DNA of 64,000 bases from Bacillota bacterium. Its GTDB lineage: Bacteria; Bacillota; Bacilli; Bacillales; Amphibacillaceae. Made by a program: the position numbers and the translations under genes. Under the pieces are notes generated by a model. That model was not told the origin of the DNA, searched no databases, and was given only the letters and a program-made list of their open reading frames with translations. Location of the stretch: NCBI GenBank assembly GCA_036377675.1, contig DASUXY010000026.1, positions 5,444-69,443 of the forward strand, given 5' to 3'. This document shows positions 59,722 through 64,000 of the stretch, piece after piece (the stretch's first letter is position 1; each line of letters begins with the position of its first letter).

Positions 59722-61204
59722 CGTAATCCTCCTCCATCGTCATTTCCTCTGTATAGCGGTTTTGAAATTGAATCGCATAGTCAATACCGAGGCCGATTAA
59801 AATGGGAAAGACCGCCATGGATACCATCGTAATTGGAATTTGTAGCCATCCCATCAGCCCGACCGTTCCCACGACGGCCACGAGAATCGTCACAAGAGGC
59901 ATAAGACGCCACTTCACCTTAAAAGTAAACGTTAAAACAACTAGCATCATCGCAATGGCTAGCCCCATCATTTTTTTCATGCTCCCTTTCATGGACGTGC
60001 GAATGCTATCATCGAGTACGGGTTTACCGGAGGCCATCATGTCCAAACCTTCTATTGGATGTGCATCGATATAAGACTGAACCTCATCAACGACATCGCT
60101 TTTATCGACATCATCCGTTTGTCCGGAGAATGTAATCATCATCAACATATATTGATCATCGATGATGAATTCCTCAAACATCGGTCGCAACTTATCATCG
60201 TCATCAAAGACCATTTGCTCAAGGGTTGCTTGTTTTTCCGGTATGCCGGGAGTCATGATATCCGCATAGTCATCAAGCGTCTCTAGTTGTTCACTCATTG
60301 TTATTAAATTTTCTCCCATCTCACCTAATCCATCTCCAAGCGCCAACAGATCATCAGACTTTTGCTGCTGTTTCTTTTGCATCGTTTCCAATTGTTCTTC
60401 TTGCTGAACGAGCCCTTCCTTCATGCCCCTCAAACCCGTTGCCGTTCGATTAGCGATTTCTGGAAGCGCAGCCCCATTTGTCGACGCCTTATCCATTTGT
60501 TTTGCCAACTGATTTAAATAGGTATGCATCTGCTTCATCTGTTCCAATGACTGACCTTCCATAGGCATTTGCTCTATCAAGCTCTCCAAACGATCGGCTA
60601 TCTCGAACGTTTGTTCACTAAACTGTTCATAGCCTCCTACGAGTTGACCCGTACCTTCTGCTAATTTTTCTTGTCCTTTGACCATCTCCTCCAAGCCATC
60701 GTGCAAATCGCCCACCCGTTGGTCTACATCTGGTAGTTCACTCTTCCCTGAATCATTTTCTAGCATTTCAGTGCTTACCTCTTTAAGTTGTGTACCCATT
60801 TCCTCCAAACCAGTGATTATTTTTTGCAAGCCGTCAGCATAGACTTCTGCTTGTTTCTCTGCTATATGTGTCACCAACGTGACAGGACTCACGACACTAT
60901 AAATTGAATTCTTTGACGCCAGCTCTTTTTCCAGACCTTGCATATGCTGTAAATGGTCCGGAGTTAATAATGGTTCGGCTGCAGTTTCGTACACGACGAC
61001 GATGGATTCTCCACCGAAATATTCTTCCAGTTGTTTATTTTCCTTGTAAACTTCTGTATCCGCATCGACTAGCGTGTCATCACCTGTCGCCATATAAATA
61101 TTTCGCACGCCAATCCCTAAAAAGGTCATGACGACAATGATGAAAATGATCGATTTTATTGGGTGTTTTGTTAGTAAATATGCTAACCGTTTAAACCCCT
61201 TCAT
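59714..61204 (-). CDS. MMPL/RND-superfamily transporter, N-terminal piece (TM1, coiled-coil ectodomain, TM2-4)
   Basis: TM1 is followed by an ectodomain with three GL(E/G)EM-containing repeats, then ...PILIGLGIDYAIQFQNRYTEE, then a stop. The start is moved to ATG 61204, 8 nt after AAGGAG; the ORF-track GTG 61213 lies inside the SD. Confidence 0.7.
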   Translation of the reverse strand: MKGFKRLAYLLTKHPIKSIIFIIVVMTFLGIGVRNIYMATGDDTLVDADTEVYKENKQLEEYFGGESIVVVYETAAEPLLTPDHLQHMQGLEKELASKNSIYSVVSPVTLVTHIAEKQAEVYADGLQKIITGLEEMGTQLKEVSTEMLENDSGKSELPDVDQRVGDLHDGLEEMVKGQEKLAEGTGQLVGGYEQFSEQTFEIADRLESLIEQMPMEGQSLEQMKQMHTYLNQLAKQMDKASTNGAALPEIANRTATGLRGMKEGLVQQEEQLETMQKKQQQKSDDLLALGDGLGEMGENLITMSEQLETLDDYADIMTPGIPEKQATLEQMVFDDDDKLRPMFEEFIIDDQYMLMMITFSGQTDDVDKSDVVDEVQSYIDAHPIEGLDMMASGKPVLDDSIRTSMKGSMKKMMGLAIAMMLVVLTFTFKVKWRLMPLVTILVAVVGTVGLMGWLQIPITMVSMAVFPILIGLGIDYAIQFQNRYTEEMTMEEDYDA

Positions 61205-61673
61205 TTTTAACACTCCTTTGTTTAATTATTGAATGTTAGTACACACTTCAATGAATCCTTTATATTCGCAAGAGGCTACGTTTATAAGCCCTCTCTTCGC
61301 CATCATATTATTTACAAAATTCGTTAAAAACTTCTCCATCTTCTTCGTTAACTTGCTTTTTTACTACTCACTCAAAAATACGTACCGTGAACTTCTCAAT
61401 CCTTTTACCTTTCTTTTTGAACACGAACTTGTGCTATTTATTACGGATGTAAGTTAGTACTGACATATATATTATATATCATACGTGATGATCATTTCAT
61501 TTGTAAAGCACTTCTTTTTAAATATTCGATGAAACCTTCTCGTCGCTGCGTCCGTACTACATAAGAAGAGAGTAAACTTCAACGTCGACATGGACATCAT
61601 GTTCGAAGATAAAAAAACGCTACACCACGAGAAAGTTGGAAATGAATTTGGACGTAATCATTTCAGATTCGCA

Positions 61674-61706
61674 TAAAAAAGTGGAGCACCCCTGAAGAGG
61701 TGCTCC
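61674..61706 (-). terminator. Terminator after the universal stress protein gene
   Basis: GGAGCACC-loop-GGTGCTCC, flanked by an A-run and a T-run. On the minus strand the stem is followed by ACTTTTTTAT. Confidence 0.7.
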
Positions 61707-61733
61707 ATACTTTTTATTGATGCTTTATTTATC

Positions 61734-62153
61734 CTACTTTACAATTAACACCGGGCAATGAACGCGTTTAGCGACTTTATGACTAACACTTCCTAGAACC
61801 ATTTCTTGTAGGGCATTCAAGCCTCTACTACCGACGACAACGAGATCTGCTTCATTACGGTTGGCGTAATCCACGAGCATATGTCGGGGATCACCATTCA
61901 ACACAGTCGTCTTATAAGAAATTCCAGATTGGGCAACGATTTTTTCTACGTTTTTAATCCGTCGCTTACGTTGATCGCCTACATATTCAGCATCCCAATG
62001 GCTCAAAGCTTCTGACTTCGCTTTATTCGGATCGAAGACATAAACAATTTCTATGCTCGCCTCAGGATGACATTTGGCAATTTGAATCGCATCTTTTGCT
62101 GCTCGTTGCGAATGATCCGAACCGTCAGCAGCTATTAATATATGCTTATACAT
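61734..62153 (-). CDS. Universal stress protein (UspA family)
   Basis: MYKHILIAADGSDHS..A...A........ADLVVVGSRGLNALQEMVLGSVSHKVAKRVHCPVLIVK. GGAGGGA precedes the ATG. Confidence 0.85.
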   Translation of the reverse strand: MYKHILIAADGSDHSQRAAKDAIQIAKCHPEASIEIVYVFDPNKAKSEALSHWDAEYVGDQRKRRIKNVEKIVAQSGISYKTTVLNGDPRHMLVDYANRNEADLVVVGSRGLNALQEMVLGSVSHKVAKRVHCPVLIVK

Positions 62154-62415
62154 CTCGTTCCCTCCATAATATAACTAAATATCGGGGTTCACTTAGCAAA
62201 AATGTAATCGATTTCATGCAGAAGTTATATCGTTTATACATCTTATTTTACTAGAGGCGTAGGAAAACATGCAATGTAATTTTAAAATGTACAACAAATT
62301 GTTATAAAAGGAGACATTGTAATGTTAATCAAATTAGAGACCAAATAAAAACCAACCGACTTACCAGTGATTAATGTTGGCAAGCCGGATGTGTCTAGAT
62401 ATTATCTTTATTATA

Positions 62416-62630
62416 TTATTTTACGAGAAGTACCGGACAATCGACCGTTTAACGACTTTATGACTAACGCCTCCTAAAACCATCTCTTGGAATTTGTTTA
62501 GTCCTCTACTACCAATGACAACTAAATCAAAGGCTTTTTCGTTGGCATAGTCAACGATTGTCGGACCAGGATCTCCACGCAGAATGGTTATTTTATACGT
62601 TACATCATGAGCCTTTACAAATGAACCCTA
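62416..62630 (-). pseudogene. Decayed paralogue of the universal stress protein gene (C-terminal half only, frameshifted)
   Basis: The minus strand reads ...VKAHDVTYKITILRGDPGPTIVDYANEKAFDLVVIGSRGLNKFQEMVLGGVSHKVVKRS. The expected ending, DCPVLLVK*, appears only in the +1 frame. An in-frame TAG lies just upstream and no start codon is present. Confidence 0.6.
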
Positions 62631-62814
62631 ATTTAAGTAGTTTTTTATGTAACAAACATCTATACATTACTAATTCCGTATCGGAAACTTTTATCGTAGT
62701 AACATTTTCTCGTTCCCGCTTTAATTTTCACCGATAACATGTTTAATTGATCATCGTTACGGTTATCCTTAATTACTACTAACGGTTTGTTGCAAACATA
62801 CGGAGGAAGAATCA

Positions 62815-63921
62815 ATGGTGGGGATGCGATTTTTTACAGCAAGCACATTCTTGTTACTTTGTTTATTTATTTTTGCATCGGTAAGTTATGCTGAGCATAG
62901 TCGCACATATGAAGTTCATGCTTCTCAACTACATGTAAGAGATGCTCCTGATTACGATGCAACTATTATTGGAAACTTACAAACAGGAGATAAAGTTGTT
63001 ATTTTTCAGGAGGAATATGGATGGGCGAAAACATATTATCATGGCAAAGAAGCTTGGATTGCGTTTCAGTACGTACAACCGGTGTCCCAGGAAGAACATG
63101 CACCATCAACGCACCAAGATCAGATTGTCATTACTGGATCAAACGTTCATATCCGCTCAGGTCCAAGCATGGATGATCACATTATCGATTCGGCATCAAA
63201 AGGAGATATGTTTGAAGTAATAGATGCAAAGGAAGGTTGGAAAAAAGTCGTTTTGCGTACCGACGAACATGGTTGGATTGCTGAACAGTTTACGAGTAAA
63301 CCTTCACCATCTGAACAAACTAGTCAACTCATTATCCGACCGAAAGAAGGTACGACGGTTCAGACTTCTCCACAATCTTTGGAAAAATATACAATCGTGA
63401 TTGATCCGGGTCACGGTGGAAAAGACCCCGGTGCTATCGGCTTGGATGACGTAGCTGAAAAAGACGTCATCTTGTCAACTTCAGAAGTCGTCGCTGAACA
63501 TTTGCGTGAAGCGGGGGCAACTGTCATTCTAACGCGTACAGGAGATGAATTCCTATCACTTGAAGAACGGATTCGGGTGAGTAACAGTCATCATACCGAT
63601 GCATTTATTAGCATTCATTACAATGCTTTTCCTATTCTGACGGTCCGAGGCATGAGTACGTATTACTATGACGGTGGGAACGACGAACAGTTAGCCCAAC
63701 ATATCCACTCTTCATTAATTGAAGCGATCAATTTGCCTGATCGCGGGATCCAACAAGCTGACTATAAAGTATTGCGAGAAAATCGTGATTTAGCCATTCT
63801 TATCGAATTAGGTTTTATCACAAATCCCGATGATTTTTCAGCCATTCACACACCGGATTACAAGGACCAAGTCGGAGAAGCGATTGTGAATGGACTTATA
63901 AACTATTTTCATCAGCCATAA
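62815..63921 (+). CDS. N-acetylmuramoyl-L-alanine amidase (Amidase_3) with two N-terminal SH3b domains
   Basis: A signal peptide precedes two SH3-like repeats (LHVRDAPDYDATIIGNLQTGDKVVIFQEEYGWAK and VHIRSGPSMDDHIIDSASKGDMFEVIDAKEGWKK). The catalytic domain reads VIDPGHGGKDPGA...DAFISIHYNAF...LIELGFITNP. Confidence 0.85.
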   Translation: MVGMRFFTASTFLLLCLFIFASVSYAEHSRTYEVHASQLHVRDAPDYDATIIGNLQTGDKVVIFQEEYGWAKTYYHGKEAWIAFQYVQPVSQEEHAPSTHQDQIVITGSNVHIRSGPSMDDHIIDSASKGDMFEVIDAKEGWKKVVLRTDEHGWIAEQFTSKPSPSEQTSQLIIRPKEGTTVQTSPQSLEKYTIVIDPGHGGKDPGAIGLDDVAEKDVILSTSEVVAEHLREAGATVILTRTGDEFLSLEERIRVSNSHHTDAFISIHYNAFPILTVRGMSTYYYDGGNDEQLAQHIHSSLIEAINLPDRGIQQADYKVLRENRDLAILIELGFITNPDDFSAIHTPDYKDQVGEAIVNGLINYFHQP

Positions 63922-64000
63922 TTCTTGTATGATTCACATGTGAATCATACAAGACATCATGTGGGTGGTGAGTCCGTATCAATCCATGGAAGGGAATTCA

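Noticed and set aside
61590-61676. A 28-codon plus-strand ORF (MDIMFEDKKTLHHEKVGNEFGRNHFRFA) ending at the usp terminator.
   Set aside because: The nearest SD-like sequence is about 17 nt from the ATG, the ORF is very short, and I recognise no family.
62322-62348. An 8-codon mini-ORF (MLIKLETK) with a strong SD (AAAGGAGA, then 7 nt) between the two usp copies, considered as a possible leader peptide.
   Set aside because: No downstream gene lies on that strand before the pseudogene, and there is no attenuator-like alternative structure. It is likely fortuitous.
1-64000. A search by eye for CRISPR arrays, tRNA/rRNA genes, IS elements, integrases, phage genes, toxin-antitoxin pairs and restriction-modification or other defence gene clusters.
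   Set aside because: None was found. All large ORFs have ordinary housekeeping, transport or sporulation-type assignments, and no regularly spaced repeats were seen.

Overview
The window looks like ordinary core chromosome of an AT-rich, spore-forming Bacillaceae. Evidence includes Shine-Dalgarno-led genes with frequent TTG/GTG starts and sporulation genes cwlJ-gerQ. Local gene order recalls the B. subtilis ywd, yko(U/V/Y), ypmRS and yobV/yocH/recQ neighbourhoods. I call about 55 protein genes, with products assigned from translated motifs recalled from memory; no database search was possible. They include partial hemQ/chdC, cwlJ-gerQ, a divergent NHEJ pair ku/ligD, recQ and a 1060-aa SWIM+SNF2 helicase. 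Also present are two peptide (Opp/Dpp-type) ABC transporter loci, several MFS/MATE/CPA1/TerC/AI-2E/QueT transporters, cls, argF, csaA and sodC-like genes. A TetR-linked MMPL transporter is split into two overlapping ORFs. A stand-alone WYL-domain regulator, a LysM/3D wall protein and an SH3-amidase complete the set. Three riboswitches are readable directly: yybP-ykoY (Mn2+) before the TerC gene, preQ1-I before queT, and SAM-I (S-box) before a metY gene fused to a CoA-binding domain. I saw no tRNA/rRNA genes, CRISPR arrays, transposases or prophage genes, and no convincing multi-gene defence or other novel system. The features most worth a second look are these. (1) A dense non-oriC cluster of DnaA boxes at 46.16-46.29 kb. 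(2) A roughly 0.4-kb unassigned region next to the WYL regulator, carrying a promoter-like element, a CodY-like box, a long hairpin and a terminator. (3) The split MMPL gene. (4) The metY-CoA-binding fusion. (5) A decayed universal-stress-protein paralogue. (6) A roughly 950-bp gene-free gap upstream of an orphan argF. All coordinates of short motifs were counted by hand and could be off by a base or two.
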